Shown here one piece after another: positions 24,227-37,379 of a stretch of 64,000 nucleotides of DNA. The translations under genes and the position numbers were made by a program. Position 1 is the stretch's first letter. Each line of letters starts with the position of its first letter. A model generated the notes under the pieces. It had not been told where the DNA came from, made no database searches, and was given only the letters and a program-made list of their open reading frames with translations. The DNA lies in contig NC_043013.1 in the NCBI RefSeq assembly GCF_006345805.1, positions 26,908,001-26,972,000 of the forward strand, in the 5' to 3' direction. Source of the DNA: Octopus sinensis (lineage: Eukaryota).

Positions 24227-24258
<32 letters not shown>

Positions 24259-24774
24259 ATTAAAGCAAGTAAAATTATCATTGGAATACTTTAAAGGTTT
24301 TTAGAATTGAGTAATCAATAATATTTTGAGAATTTCAGAGAGAAAATATCACATGATAAGAACCTCATCTGCTAATATTTGTTATATGTTAAAGTAGCTT
24401 CTCCTGAAATTCTTCAGAAAATATTATTAAGGCATTTTGACACACAGGAACAGGAAACATTTGTGTGTACGCATTCAACATAAGAGGCAAGGATCAAGTG
24501 AGCAATTTTTAATAATATTTTGTTTTTTTTATCAGAATATCCTAAACTGACATAACTGTTTTTTTTGTTCTTTTTCCTTTGTTTTTCTTTTGTTTATTTA
24601 TCTATATCTATATCTATAAAACAGAAGATATCTGTGTGTCTGTCTGTGTGTGTATATGCTCGTTATGCATTTCCACATTTTTCAACCGGTTTCACTCAAA
24701 CTTGACACACTGATAGCTTATGCTCCAAGGGAAGTCATGACCTACTTTATATTTTCCAGACCCCTGCATATTTT

Positions 24775-24967
24775 TTTCTCTTTTACTTGTTTTAGTCATT
24801 TGAGCACCGCCTTTAGTCAAGCAAACTGACCCCAGGACTTATTCTTTGGAAGCCTAGTACTTATTCTATCGGTCTCTTTTGCTGAACCGCTAAGTTACGG
24901 GGACGTAAACACACCACTATTGGTTGTCAAGCAATGTTGGGGGGACAAACACAGACACACAAACATT

Positions 24968-25031
<64 letters not shown>

Positions 25032-25135
25032 GGCTTCTTTCAGTTTCCGTCTACCAAATCCACTCACAAGGCTTTGGTTGGCCCGAGGCTGTAGTAAAAG
25101 ACACTTGCCCAAGGTGCCATGCTGTGGGAAACCAA
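24775..25135 (-). mobile_element. CORE-type SINE family A nested in Helitron
   Basis: Reverse complement of family A body with internal (TA)n. Confidence 0.8.
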
Positions 25136-26327
25136 AAACCATGAATAACTATTCAGAAAACCAGTTTTTTGCCAATGCCCCCTTGATTTTTCGAATGATT
25201 TCCACCAAAATTGACACGACACAAGAATTGTTTTGTTTAAAATTTTTGTCAAGGTCATCTGTGTTAATTGCGAAAAATCCACAAATAACTGCATAAAAAT
25301 TGGGGGTTTTTTTGCCAATAACTTCTGCAATTTCCAACCAATTCGCTCCAAATTTGGCAAGAATATGTTAAACTGGCTAGTTTAAACTAATGTTTTGTCA
25401 AGTTTATTTGCATTAAGTTTTCAATTTACTAGATTAAACTTAGTTTTTTGCTTAAAACTTCTGCCGCTTACTTACACACCAAGGATTGTGGGGTAGTTTT
25501 ACCTCACTGATTTGGTCTGTGTACATAAGTGTTTATTTAAAATAAAACCTTATTATCCCTACAGTCATGATCCCCCCCCCCACACACACACACACTTCAG
25601 CACAAATTTTCTTTAATTACCTTCTGTTCATGGTGTGATAACATGGGGTGAACTGTAAGCATGACTTTTGACATGTGGCTGTGAACACTATTAATGTGCA
25701 CTCCCCTTTTGTGATCTGTATATATTAGTGTTTACTTACCCCCCCCCCATTATCACCTACAGGAGGGCATGCCATGTTTCTCTCATGGCTAGTTATATAT
25801 CAGATGCTCCAGAGTTGGAAGAAAGCAAAATCTATTCGTACTTGCCCCTAATTGCAAAACAAAAAAAATGTGGTCTACAGAGAGGTATTGTAGGCACTTC
25901 ATGTACCAACTGTTTTCAAATTTCTGAACCTCGGTACTTCCACTACACCCGTGTAACCTTGCAGACCTGATATGTGGTAACTGTGTGCTACTGTAGTCAT
26001 GCTTTCAAAATTACTAACTTTTCTCAACAATGTTTCTTTTCCTTTGTCCATCCTTGATTTGTCATCTGTTTTCACAGTTTCACATTTCACAGCAACAGTT
26101 CCGTTGCTTTCGGTCTAAATGAGAGAAAGGCATTTTACAGGACCACTTTACATACTATTGTTACACCACCTGAGAATGCATTACACCTCTTTTCAGGGCT
26201 TCTTATCAAATTGTTACCGCTGTGAGAACGACAAAAAATCCCTTTTCAGGGCTACTTCACCCATGATTGTTAGACCATCTGAGAATGCATTAAAGCCCTT
26301 CTCAGGACTTTGTATCAAAGTGTTACC

Positions 26328-26557
26328 TATTTCTTTATTACCCACAAGGGGCTAAACACAGAGGGGACAAATAAGGACAGACATAGGTATTAAGTCGATT
26401 ACATCGACCCCAGTGCGTAACTGGCACTTAATTTATCGACCTCGAAAGGATGAAAGGCAAAGTCGACCTCAGCAGAATTTGAACTGAGAACCTAACGGCA
26501 GACGAAATATGGCTACGCATTTCGTCCGGCATGCTAACGACTCTGCCAGCTCATCGC
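26328..26557 (-). mobile_element. Young family B SINE with 20-bp target-site duplication
   Basis: ctttgtatcaaagtgttacc at 26308-26327 and 26558-26577. Confidence 0.9.
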
Positions 26558-26777
26558 CTTTGTATCAAAGTGTTACCACTTGGCTTCAGCAGTACTCGCC
26601 AGCCAATTTTGTTACAATTTGTGACAATTTTGTTATAATTTTGTTACAATAAGTGACCAATTTTGTTACAATTTGGCATTAATGCTATTTATGACAGGAA
26701 ATTTACTAAGTATCAAAAACATTGTAGTATTTGAATCCCAAGCAACGCCAGGTACTTCTGCTAGTTATATATATTTT

Positions 26778-26937
26778 AGGTGTGGCTATGTGGTTAATAA
26801 ATTTTCTCCCTGACCACATGGTTCTGGGTTCAGTCCTACATCATGGTATCTTGGACAAGTGTCTTCTGTTATATCCTGAGCCAACCAAAGTCTTCTTGTG
26901 AGTGGATTTGATAGACAGAAACTGACAGAAACTCATA

Positions 26938-27006
<69 letters not shown>

Positions 27007-27155
27007 GTGGTTGGTGTTAGGAAGGGCATCCAGCTGTAAAAATCCTGCCAAAACAGTCACATAAGTCTGGTGCAGGCTTCTGCCTGGTCAGCTCCTGTCA
27101 AATCAGCCTACCCATGCCAGCATGGAAGATGGACGTTAAACAATGATAATGATGA
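26778..27155 (+). mobile_element. Family A head + (TA)n + family C tail composite
   Basis: CORE head to 26940, (TA)n to 27003, then ggttggtgttaggaagggcatccagctgta...catggaagatggacgttaaac. Confidence 0.7.
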
Positions 27156-27394
27156 TATATAGATGTATATATATATGTGTGTATGTGTATTATGTATATT
27201 TAGAGCATGTTAGTTATGGCTGACTCATTGGGTTACCCAGGGTTTTGTGTCCATGTCTCATCAGATCAAACTGGCCACCGGCTATTAGGGTCTGACAAGA
27301 CGTGTATAAAGCCAAGCACTTTATGGATGCAAAACCTAGAGTAATCCTATGAACTGAACATAAATAACATTCAGTAAATACTCTACTGTTCTGT

Positions 27395-27660
27395 AACTTG
27401 GAGTGTGCTTGTGGCACATAAAAAACACCATCCGAGCGTGGCCGTCTGCCAGCCTCGTCTGGCACCTGTGTCGGTGGCACATAAAATCACCCACTACACT
27501 CTCGGAGTGGTTTGCGTTAGGAAGGGCATCCAGCTGTAGAAACACTGCCAGATCTGACTGGCCTGGTGTAGCCTTCGGGCTTGCCAGACCCCAGTTGAAC
27601 CGTCCAACCCATGCTAGCATGGAAAGCGGACGTTAAATGATGATGATGATGATGATGATG
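27395..27660 (+). mobile_element. Family C repeat with (GAT)n tail
   Basis: gtggcacataaaa..cacccactacactctcggagtgg...catggaaagcggacgttaaatgatgatg; nearly the same as 61400-61655. Confidence 0.85.
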
Positions 27661-27929
27661 ATAAGGAGGAGATTGAGAAAAGATTTTGGTATTATTTGTT
27701 TATCATTACATGTGTTTCATTTCTCACTATGGCTTACAAAGGTGTACATGTAGAATAAACATGTGGAGTATTTCCTAGTGGAAATTAATCAAACAGGGAA
27801 TCAGTGATACAAAATTTACATTTGGATGCAAATATATAGAATTTACATGCAATTTTGGAGTTCTGGTCTATGCAGATGTGCTTTATGAGGATACAGCTTG
27901 GATTATAACCCTATATGTATGTAATGTGT

Positions 27930-28200
27930 GTGTGTGTGTGTTTCCTTGCATTGACATAGTCTGAGAGTTGCAAATGCCGGTTACTGTCAGGTCAGGTCAG
28001 TAGTGTCATACATCTCCAATATTCTGCAAAAAACATGTCTGGTCATGGGTAAATATTACTTTGTCTGGAAACAGGTACGGGTTGATAACAGGAAGGAAAT
28101 CTGGCTGTAGAAATAAACTTCATAAATAAACTGAATAAACTTCAGTCAACCCATGAAAGCATGGGAAAGTGAGCACAAAAATGATGATGATGATAGTGGT
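27930..28200 (+). mobile_element. Family C repeat, tail expanded to (GGT/GAT)n
   Basis: Motif order as at 1445-1680; source of spurious poly-His ORF. Confidence 0.65.
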
Positions 28201-28349
28201 GGTGGTGGTCGTGGTGGTCGTGGTCGTGGTCATGATTGTGGTCGTGGTTGTGGTGGTTGTGGCAGCGATGATGATGATTATCTTTTAAATGGTGAATTGG
28301 CAAGATCATTAGAGCATGGAATAACAAAATGCCTTGCAGTATGTCTTTC

Positions 28350-28570
28350 AAAATCGGGCAGTGAACTGACAGAATCATTCACACACTGGGCAGAATACTT
28401 AGCACCATTTCATCCATCTTCATGTTCTAAGTTCCAATTCTGGCAAAGTCAGTTTAACCTTTTATTCTTTCGGGGTCGATAAAATGAGTACCCATTGAGC
28501 CCTGGGATTGATATAATCGACTTAGACCCACCCCAAAATTGCTGACCTTGTGTCTAAATTTAAAACCAAT
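28350..28570 (+). mobile_element. SINE family B
   Basis: Core and aaattgctgaccttgtg tail. Confidence 0.7.
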
Positions 28571-28904
28571 ATGTCTTCCAACTTTCTGAGTTCAAATCTC
28601 ACCAAGGTCATCTGTGTCTTTCATCATTCCATAGTTTAATAAAATAAGGTACCAGTCCTTGGCAATGGAATAGTAGAACTGTTAGAGCATTGGACTGGTT
28701 ACCTTGTAGTAATTGTTGCTATTGTGCTTTCTAAGTTTTTGGTTGTTTTTGGTTAATCCATCATCCAGATTAAGAACAGCAGCATTTGGTCAAGCAAAGA
28801 CACTGGGTTAAGGATTACTCCTTCCCTCCACACCACCAATCTTAGAAACTCTGAAAATAATTAAGGGTCCTGGAAGCTGCCCTTAAAAAAATATTAGATT
28901 AAAG

Positions 28905-29230
28905 ACATGGCTGTGTGGTTAAGATGTCCACTTTGCAACCATGTGGTTTTGAGTTCAGTCCCATTCATGTGGCATCTTGAGCAAGTATCTTCTACTATAG
29001 TCCCAGGCTGTGTATGTGTGTATATGATTTAGTGTTTGTCTCCTTCACTGCTTGACAACTGGTGTTGGTTTGTTCATGTCCCTATTACTTAATGGTTCAG
29101 CAAAAGAAATCAATAGAATAAGTTTCAGACTTTAAAATAAGTCCTGGGGTCAATTTGTTTAACTAAACCCTACAAAGTGATGCCCCAGCATGGCTGCAGT
29201 CCAATGAATGAAGCCTATGAAAGATAAAAG
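28905..29230 (+). mobile_element. CORE-type SINE family A
   Basis: catggctgtgtggttaag head to ccccagcatggctgcagtc tail. Confidence 0.8.
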
Positions 29231-29599
29231 ATAGTCGAAATAATCACGAGTTCAAACCAAAAATTGATATCTTCCACCGATTGGAACTAATCCATGCTTT
29301 TCTTTCACCTCTCGTATAAAAAGAGAAACTGCCAAGAAAACATGTCATTGGTCTGCCAACTCATAGGTCTTAAGTTCAAATCTATAAGCTTCCTGAATTA
29401 AGTGCTAGGTAGATTGTCTGGAGCCATTATCTGTGATTTATCAATATCTTATTCAGTTGGAGATTTATCTCTCATCCGCTTTACACCATAAAATCAAAAC
29501 TAAGAATCAACCCTTAAAAATTTCCTGGGAGCTGTTGAAGATTCTACAAAGCAAACTGGCAAAATCATAAGAGCATCAGACAAAAATGGCTTGCAGTAT

Positions 29600-29910
29600 T
29601 TGTTCCAGCTCTTTCACTGGTGCTAGCACTATGTAAGAAGCACCCAGTCCATTCTGTAAAATGGTTGTTATTAGAAAGTGCATCCAGCTGTTAAAACCAT
29701 GCCAAAGCAGATCTCACTAGTGCTGGTGCCACATGAAAATCTCCCACTCTACTCTATAAGGTGGTTGGTGTTAGGAAAGTCATCCAACCATAAAAAAAAC
29801 TAGGACAAATCTGACAGTAGCATTTGGTACAATCCTCTGACTTGCCAGTTCCTGTCAAACTTCTCAACCAATTCCAGCTAGGAAGATGGACATTAAATGA
29901 TGATGATGAT
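29600..29910 (+). mobile_element. Family C repeat
   Basis: gcacccagtcc...ttaggaaagtcatcc...gatggacattaaatgatgatg. Confidence 0.65.
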
Positions 29911-30267
29911 GAATTCAACTTTGCCTTTCATTTTTTGTCAATAGGTAAAGAACCAGTCATGTACTGGGGGTCGTGATAATGACAAGAGCCCCTCCCCTCA
30001 AGATTACTGGCCTTGTGCCAAAATCAGGAACATTTTATGCTAATCTATTCAGACTCATGTTCTTATGTTGATTGCCAAACTTACATTTTGACCATTGTTC
30101 TTTCTGGCCATCTACACATGTATCATTTGGTAATGTTCTTAGAATTTCAGAGTAAACCTTTTATTAAATCCTGGAAGGTACATTGTTCCTATTCCATTAT
30201 TCATACCACAAAAAAAAAAACATTTTTCAATTCAAAAAATTTTCCTCACTGGAATCCCCAAATTTTC

Positions 30268-30596
30268 TTCCTACCTACTTCATTCTCTGTAGAACGAAGG
30301 CCATCAACAACTTTTCTCCATTCTTCTTGAGCGTAGGCCAATTCTGGGTTGTCTTTTCTGCTTCCTGTCCCACATTTTGGTTTTGCATTGTCATCAATGC
30401 TTCTGTCACTTTGCTTTTTTGCTAGGTAGATGTGTTGGCTCTACAAAAACTCATTCTTTTTGAAAGAGGTGGCCCATATTGGTCTGGCCTCTACCCTTTG
30501 ACCTCTCCAGCATGGGAGACCCTACCAGGAGCTTACTCTTCACTGGTATAGCTCTCAGGGTCACCGAGGCACACAAATCACCACACATCAACAAGG
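30268..30596 (-). mobile_element. Short internally deleted RTE element (5' UTR joined to ORF 3' end)
   Basis: RTE-type 5' UTR gtgcctcggtgaccctgagagctat...ctcctggtagggtc...ggtcaaagggtagaggccagac; MTMQNQNVGQEA start; ends WRKVVDGLRSTENE plus short tail. Confidence 0.65.
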
Positions 30597-33011
30597 ACTA
30601 CTCCTTGTGTTGACAAATTTTCCCCTGGAATCTCCAAATTTTCATCAAGAATTCTCAAATTTTCTTCATATTAAAGAATTGCACTTCTAAAAGTAGTCAG
30701 CAAAAAATGCACAAGTCTTCTCGTAAGAATGGTTCAGTTTATATTCTTCAACTTCAAATCTGTGATATTGTGCCAGTATAAGAAACCATTGTTTAGGTTT
30801 TTGGTTATGGCACTACTTCAAAGAATATGAATAATGGTTATTAACCCATTGGTATCAAAATATTCATACTTACTTAGAAATATTCTTCTACATGTTACTC
30901 TAAATAAAATATTAATAACATTTCACAACACAACCCCTTTACTCCACCCCTTCCCCCCTATCAAAGATCAATTATGCAAATAAGATGGAGTGAGGGGGGG
31001 GGGTAAAAAATTAAATGGAATCAATATTTTCCACAGTTATTATTTTTTTTTTATCATTATCATTTGAAAAAAAGTAGTAAACTTGCCCTAATATTAAAGG
31101 AAAATTGACTTTAGCTTCAAAAGCCATCGACCACTTAGCTTTGTTTATATCTCACAGCTGATTTGGTATTCTACCCAGTTCGTAAAGTTGATGCTGATAC
31201 ATGGGTGCAGCACGACGGGGTGTTTCAATGTTGATAAAAGGAAAAGAAAACAAAATAATGTTGAAACAAAATCAAATGTAGGTGGCATGTTGGTTTTTTT
31301 TTTTTTTTTGATTTGTTTTGTTTTTAAAGACTATCAATTAAAAAATACAAACAATGAAATAAGAGCTTATAATCAATTACAGACACCAAAGTATAAAAAT
31401 ATCTAAATAGATATCATCATTATCGTTGTTTATGAGCCAACAAGATAACCTCTACATGGTCGTTCAACCTACATGATGTAGTAACTAAACCTCTCTAAAA
31501 TCACACTCTACTATCTTTGAAAAAGAACAGACACCTTGGATAATGTACGATTAGATACATTTTGGCTAAAAATAAACAGAATGGTCGCAACTGTAAAGTC
31601 TTTGATCATGAGTCTGTTCCATATGGACTGACCTAGAACTAATTAGCACTAATAATCATCGTCATTTCAACCATTTTTACCCCTTCTATACTGGAATGAT
31701 TTTAAAAGAAGTCTGCCATGCAACACTTGTCATTTTTTGTGATTCTTCATAATCTTATCCATGATGTCAAACATCTTGAAATGTAACAACAACATATATT
31801 CAATGTCTACCCCTGTTGTCAGATATATTCCGCTGTCAGCCAGTACTAGTTTTCTTGTGCTTTTTCCAGGCTGACCTAGATCAGCTGAGACATCTTGAGG
31901 CAGTATTCTGTGGCCAGATGCCCTTCCTTATTCTAAACCTTTGTTGCTTTCAAGCAAGATATATATATATATATATGTATTTCTTCATGTGCCAAACAAC
32001 CAAGCTGCTGGACATAAACAGTATCAGCATAAACAATATTATCAAAGTCCAAATGGTGATCTAAGTAAAATGACCTGAAGACAAACACACACACACACAT
32101 TCAAAAAAACACGCATACACACATGTATATATATGTATGAATGTACATATATGTGTATGTGTGTATATATAGGAGGAATTCCAACCACATTTCGTGGTTT
32201 TCTACCTCAACAGCTCCTTTATAGGATCCAGTGGCTAAAGACATCAAAAAGAGGAACCACATCCGGTCTTGGCCCCTACTCCTCTACCATTTTCAACATG
32301 ACAGGGCCCCACCATCTTTTTGGAGATGTCTTCAGCTCTGTCGTTGAGTGCATTTTTTCTTTCTCCATTTTTCTTTGGCTTTTTGTTCTTTGGTTTCTTC
32401 ATCGCAGCATCAATGAATGTCCATCCTGCCAAATTTCCCTTTAAATACTCACCGGTTGGCTCCAGCAGCCAGCACCAGCTAACTGCCATGTAACATTATC
32501 CAGACTTCAACTGACCAATGCAGGGGCAGGACACATAGTTTTGGCCTGCGCCCTTTCTGAGCCTACCTTCCAACAACATCGTGTTAGTTTCAGTTTCAGC
32601 AGCCAGAGCCAACTAGCTCTCTGGTGGTACAAGCCTTCAAACCATCAGATTGCTTGCATATCTATTACATAAAATCCGTTCTGTCTGTCTATGGGACGGT
32701 CGGACAAGTTGTTTTGAGAAAATTTGGTTTAAATGTTTGACAACTCAGTACTGTCTATTGGACGGTGGGGGGGGGGGGGGGGGGGGCTTTTGCTCGTGTG
32801 TATGTATATACATACATATAAGAGGTATGACCACAAAGTGCACATCCATTTTGCTAGAAGTAGACCCCCCCCCCCCCTATGGTCTTACCACTAGAAAAGG
32901 ATTGTTCTCAAGAAAATTTAGCAAATGCCAGAATGTAAGCGTGCAAGACAAATGAAAATATACAAAATATTAATCAAATTAATATTCAGTTTTTCACCCT
33001 TATTATTTTAA

Positions 33012-33037
33012 ATATATATATATATACATACATACAT

Positions 33038-33072
<35 letters not shown>

Positions 33073-33730
33073 TATCCATCCATATTTATACACTCATATG
33101 TATATACACATATACATTCATATTTAAAACTTTTTGCAAATAAAACTTGATACAGTCATAATATTTGAAGAAAGATGTTCTTAAAAAGATATTAACTATT
33201 TATAAAAAGTTTTTTAAAAAAGCAGAATGGCATGAACCTTTTGGAATAATGCTTTTATACCATGTGTAATCGCTTTCGCTGTTCAATTTTTAAATACAAA
33301 CATGCACACACACTCAGATATACACACAAACAAAGACACATGCAGATAGATACATACATAAATATATACATACATACATACATGCATATACATTCATACA
33401 TACATACACATACCTACATACATGCACATATACACACATACATGCATACATACACACACATACATACCTAGATACATAAATACACACCCATACATACATA
33501 CATATACATGCATACATACACACATACATACATATACACATATACATACCTACATAATACATGCATACATACACACACATACATACATACACCCATACAC
33601 ACCCATACACTCACATACATACATTCATGTATGCATGCTTACATACATACTTACATACATGCACACATGCATACACAGACATGTACATACACACACACAT
33701 ACATATATGCATGCATAAATACAAACAGAC
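33012..33730. repeat. Compound (TACA)/(CA)/(TA) microsatellite region
   Basis: Direct reading. Confidence 0.85.
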
Positions 33731-34099
33731 ACAGACTGATAGATATAAAGGACAGGCTTCTGTCATACATTTATAAACACTAATCCGAGATTGAAATTGA
33801 TAAATAATACGAAACTTTCGTTCTTAGGAATCAAGCCCCAGGCAAACCTGTTAATAATTTTTGGTATTTTCTTTCTCCAAACTTTAGCATAAATGTCAGA
33901 TCTACATCTACCGAAATGTTTTGCCTCTGAAAAGTACTTTGGTGCATTTCTTTGGAATTATTCGGTCACTTAGTTCTATACAGAATCAAGCTTCTTCTAT
34001 TAAAGTCTAAAATTAGATGAGAAATATTACCAAGAACATGAATTAATTATATGTTAATTGCTAAGGTCTCAATATAATACTCATAAATTTAACACAAAA

Positions 34100-34445
34100 T
34101 TGGCAGTGTGATACAGAGGCCCATTTTGTAGCCAGAAAGTTTTGGGTTCAGTCCCACTGTACAGCCTCTTGAGTAAGTATCTTTTACTAATCCCTGGGCC
34201 AACCACTGCTTTGTGAGTAAATTTGATAGAAACTATGTTGAAGCCTGTGTAGAAGCATGTGTGTGTGTCCCCTTGTGTTTATGTATGTCTTCTTCACTGT
34301 TTCACAACCAGTGTTGGTTTGTTTATGTCTCCTTTAAGTTAAGAGTTAGGCAAACAGGTGTGATAGAATAAGTACTAGGTTTAAAATTAAGTATTAGGAT
34401 CAATATGTTTGATTAAGGTGGTACCCCAGCATGGCCACAGTTTCA
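34100..34445 (+). mobile_element. CORE-type SINE family A
   Basis: gggttcagtcccactg...gagtaagtatctt...ccccagcatggccacag. Confidence 0.75.
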
Positions 34446-34769
34446 AGAGTGAAAGATATCAAAAACTTTGATATACTTTCACATTGATATTTGTGTGAAA
34501 ACATAGTCTGGTGGTTAGGGTGTTCAATTCTTGGACAGGTGGTATGTTGTGTCTTTGAGCAACATACTCTACCCACCTGTATACGGAGAGATATTGTGGC
34601 ACTATGTTGCTTTTTATTCAATCCATCCACCCATCCTTACTGACTCTTTCACCAAGGCCCTGATACAACCCCTTCTTTTTCCCTACTATTACTCCCTTCC
34701 CTAACATTGTCTCTGCTAAATTTTCCCCTCTTGACCCCTCTCAACAATAAACTTGTATGACTCAAAGAA

Positions 34770-34980
34770 GAATCAATTTCGGGAAAAGTGCCTGTGTCAG
34801 TGCCATTTAAAAAGCACCCAGGACACTCTGTAAAGTGGTTGGCATTCAGAAAGGCATAGAAATATAGAAACCATGCCAAAACAGACACATGGAGCCTAGT
34901 GCAGCCCTCTGGCTTGCCAGCTCTTGTCAAACCATCCAACCCATGCCAGCATGGAAAACAGGCATTAAAAGATGATGATG
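34770..34980 (+). mobile_element. Family C repeat
   Basis: aaaagcacccag...ggttggcattcagaaaggcat...catgccagcatggaaaacaggcattaaaagatgatg. Confidence 0.7.
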
Positions 34981-35384
34981 AACCATTCCATCCATGAGGA
35001 TATGGAAGACAGACTAACCCACCCCCATCACTAGGTTCACCTGCTCAACCCATCCTTTCGCTCTTACCATTTTGTCTCCTCCTCCACACTCATCCTTGAC
35101 ATTACTCTTCTTTGTTTCCTCCATTATCCTACCCCACACTTTAGTTGGGAATTTGATGGCACTTGTTCTCCTGGCCTGCCTGCCTCTGTGTTGCCCAACT
35201 GCAGTGACCCTGTTGGCTTTTTAGGTTTGCCTGCCCCTTTGGACAGCTGACCACCATTTACCTCTGTCCTGAATTTTCTGCTCTCATGTGACATGGCTGA
35301 CACATGGTATTGGTGGTTATGGTACTAAAGTAGGCAACAGACTAAGTCTACCACCCAAGATTTGATTTGAATATTGAAGCACGT

Positions 35385-36515
35385 GTGAGGTGGTGAGCTG
35401 GCAGAATCATTAGCACAGTGGGGAAAATGCTTAGCAGCATTTTGAGATCAAATTCCACTGAGTTCCACTTGGCCTTCCATCTTTTCAGGAGTCGTTGTCG
35501 TCGTCATCATCGTCATCATTTAACGTCTGCCTTCCATGGGTGGGATGGTTTGACAAGAGCTGGCCAGACAGAAGCCTGCACCAAACCTCTGTGACTGTTT
35601 TGGCAGGATTTTACAGCTGGAGGCCCTTCTTAACACCAACCATTCAGCGAAGTGGACTTAGTGCTTTTTACATGGCACAAGCACAGGTGAGGTCAGTTTT
35701 GGCAAGGTTTTTACAGCTGGATGCCCTACAGTGTGGACTGGGTGCTTTGAAGTGGAACCTGCACTGACAGGGTCACCAAGTATTTGCAAGGCAAAAAATT
35801 TTTTAAAAAAAGACTTTTCGAGGAGGAGGGGAACATTGGAGAAGGTGATCTTGTGTCAGATGATGAAAGGTTATAGTGAGATAGAGGGACAGAAACAGGT
35901 GTCTTGCTGTAGAGGAAGTACAAGGTTACCCAGCTGGGGAGAGAGAGAAAGAGATCAAGAATGAAGACAGAAACATGTACACTGCTGAAACAGCAATAAA
36001 ATACCAATTGAGTGCTGGGGTCACTGCAGTTGACTTACCTGCTTCCCTAAAATTGCTGGTCTTGTGCCAAAATTTGAAATCAATATTTAATACATTCTAT
36101 GGTGATGATCTGGAAGTTTTTATGGCAGTAATTTTTCCATCTTTATGTTCTGAGTCCAAATTCTGTCAAGGTTGACTTTGCCTTTCATCCTTTCAGGAGC
36201 TGATAAAATAAGCACCAGTTGAGCACTGGAAGTCAATGTAATCTACTTACCCCCTCCCCCAAATTTGCTGGCCTTGTGCCAAAATTTGAAATCAGTATTA
36301 AAGGATGAGTAAGACAGGAAGCTGGCAGTATTGTTAGCATTGCAGACAAAATGCTTAGTGGCATTTCACCTAGCTTTACGTTCTGAGTTCAAATTCTGAT
36401 GAGGTCCACTTTGTTCTGCATCCTTTCAGTACCAGTTAAGCACTGGGGTTGATGGAATCCACTTACCCCCTCCTTCAAAATTGCTGGCGTTGTGCCAAAA
36501 TTTGAAATCAATATT
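35385..36515. mobile_element. SINE cluster: several family B copies (+) with a family C copy (-) at ~35490-35720
   Basis: Repeated aaaattgctggccttgtgccaaaatttgaaatc tails at ~36055, ~36270, ~36490. Confidence 0.75.
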
Positions 36516-37330
36516 AAAGTATGTTAACTCAACTCTATTGTCAATATATCTATCATCTGCAGACTGTAAATTCAAAATGAAATTACACATATGAAAAATG
36601 AAAAATAAAGCACTTTAGAAAATACATTCCAACACAGAGTAACATAGCAACACAATATATTTTCTTGCAGATATCACTTGTCTATAATAGTTAGCTGTGC
36701 AAAATACATTCAAATAACTGACCAAAATATGAAGGAGAATAATGTTCTCTTTTGTTTTCATTCATTAACCTTTCACTTAATATTAGGTCAAATATTTCTT
36801 CTGCTTATATAATGGAATGAGAGGAGGGAGGTGCGCTGGTAGACATAGAATCTAATCTAGCTTGTTTCGAAATCTTTACTTTGTTCAATTTGTAATGTTA
36901 TCATTCCAGTGCTTTTATCTGTGGTGATTGATTCTGTCATGTTCCCAATATTGTTAAGGAATGAAAGATAATGGCTGTTTCCTTTCTTCTTGTAGAAAAT
37001 TCCATGTTTACTTTAAATATTTACACATGTAAACCACAGGACACGTATCACACATATAAATGTATATATTTGTTTGTGTGTTTATGTTTGCATGTGTGTG
37101 TGTGTGTGTAGTATGTGAGGTTTCTCTGTGTGTGTGTATGTGTGCATCATTGTATAAGCATGTCTATATATGTGTGTGTGTGTGTGTATGTATGTATATA
37201 TAAACATTATGATATATATATCATTTAAACATAAGATACATATATATATATGTATATATATACATATATATACATACACATACACACACACAATATATCT
37301 TATAAACATTATGATGTATGTATATATATA

Positions 37331-37363
<33 letters not shown>

Positions 37364-37379
37364 TGAATTCAAACTCAAA

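Larger units (their letters stand above)
24601..26764 (+). mobile_element. Helitron with Pif1-helicase C-terminal remnant, containing two nested SINEs
   Basis: 5' A|TCTATATCTATATCTATAAAA; PCFSHG*LYIRCSRVGRKQNLFVLAPNCKTK/NVVYREVL* at ~25775-25890; 3' cccaagcaacgccagg...CTAG|T at 26761-26764; joining the two ends is inferred. Confidence 0.75.

Noticed and set aside
32170-32640. Complex sequence with 81-aa minus ORF as a host exon
   Set aside because: No recognisable domain or splice pattern; faint EGRLRKG-type motif suggests a decayed LINE end, too weak to call
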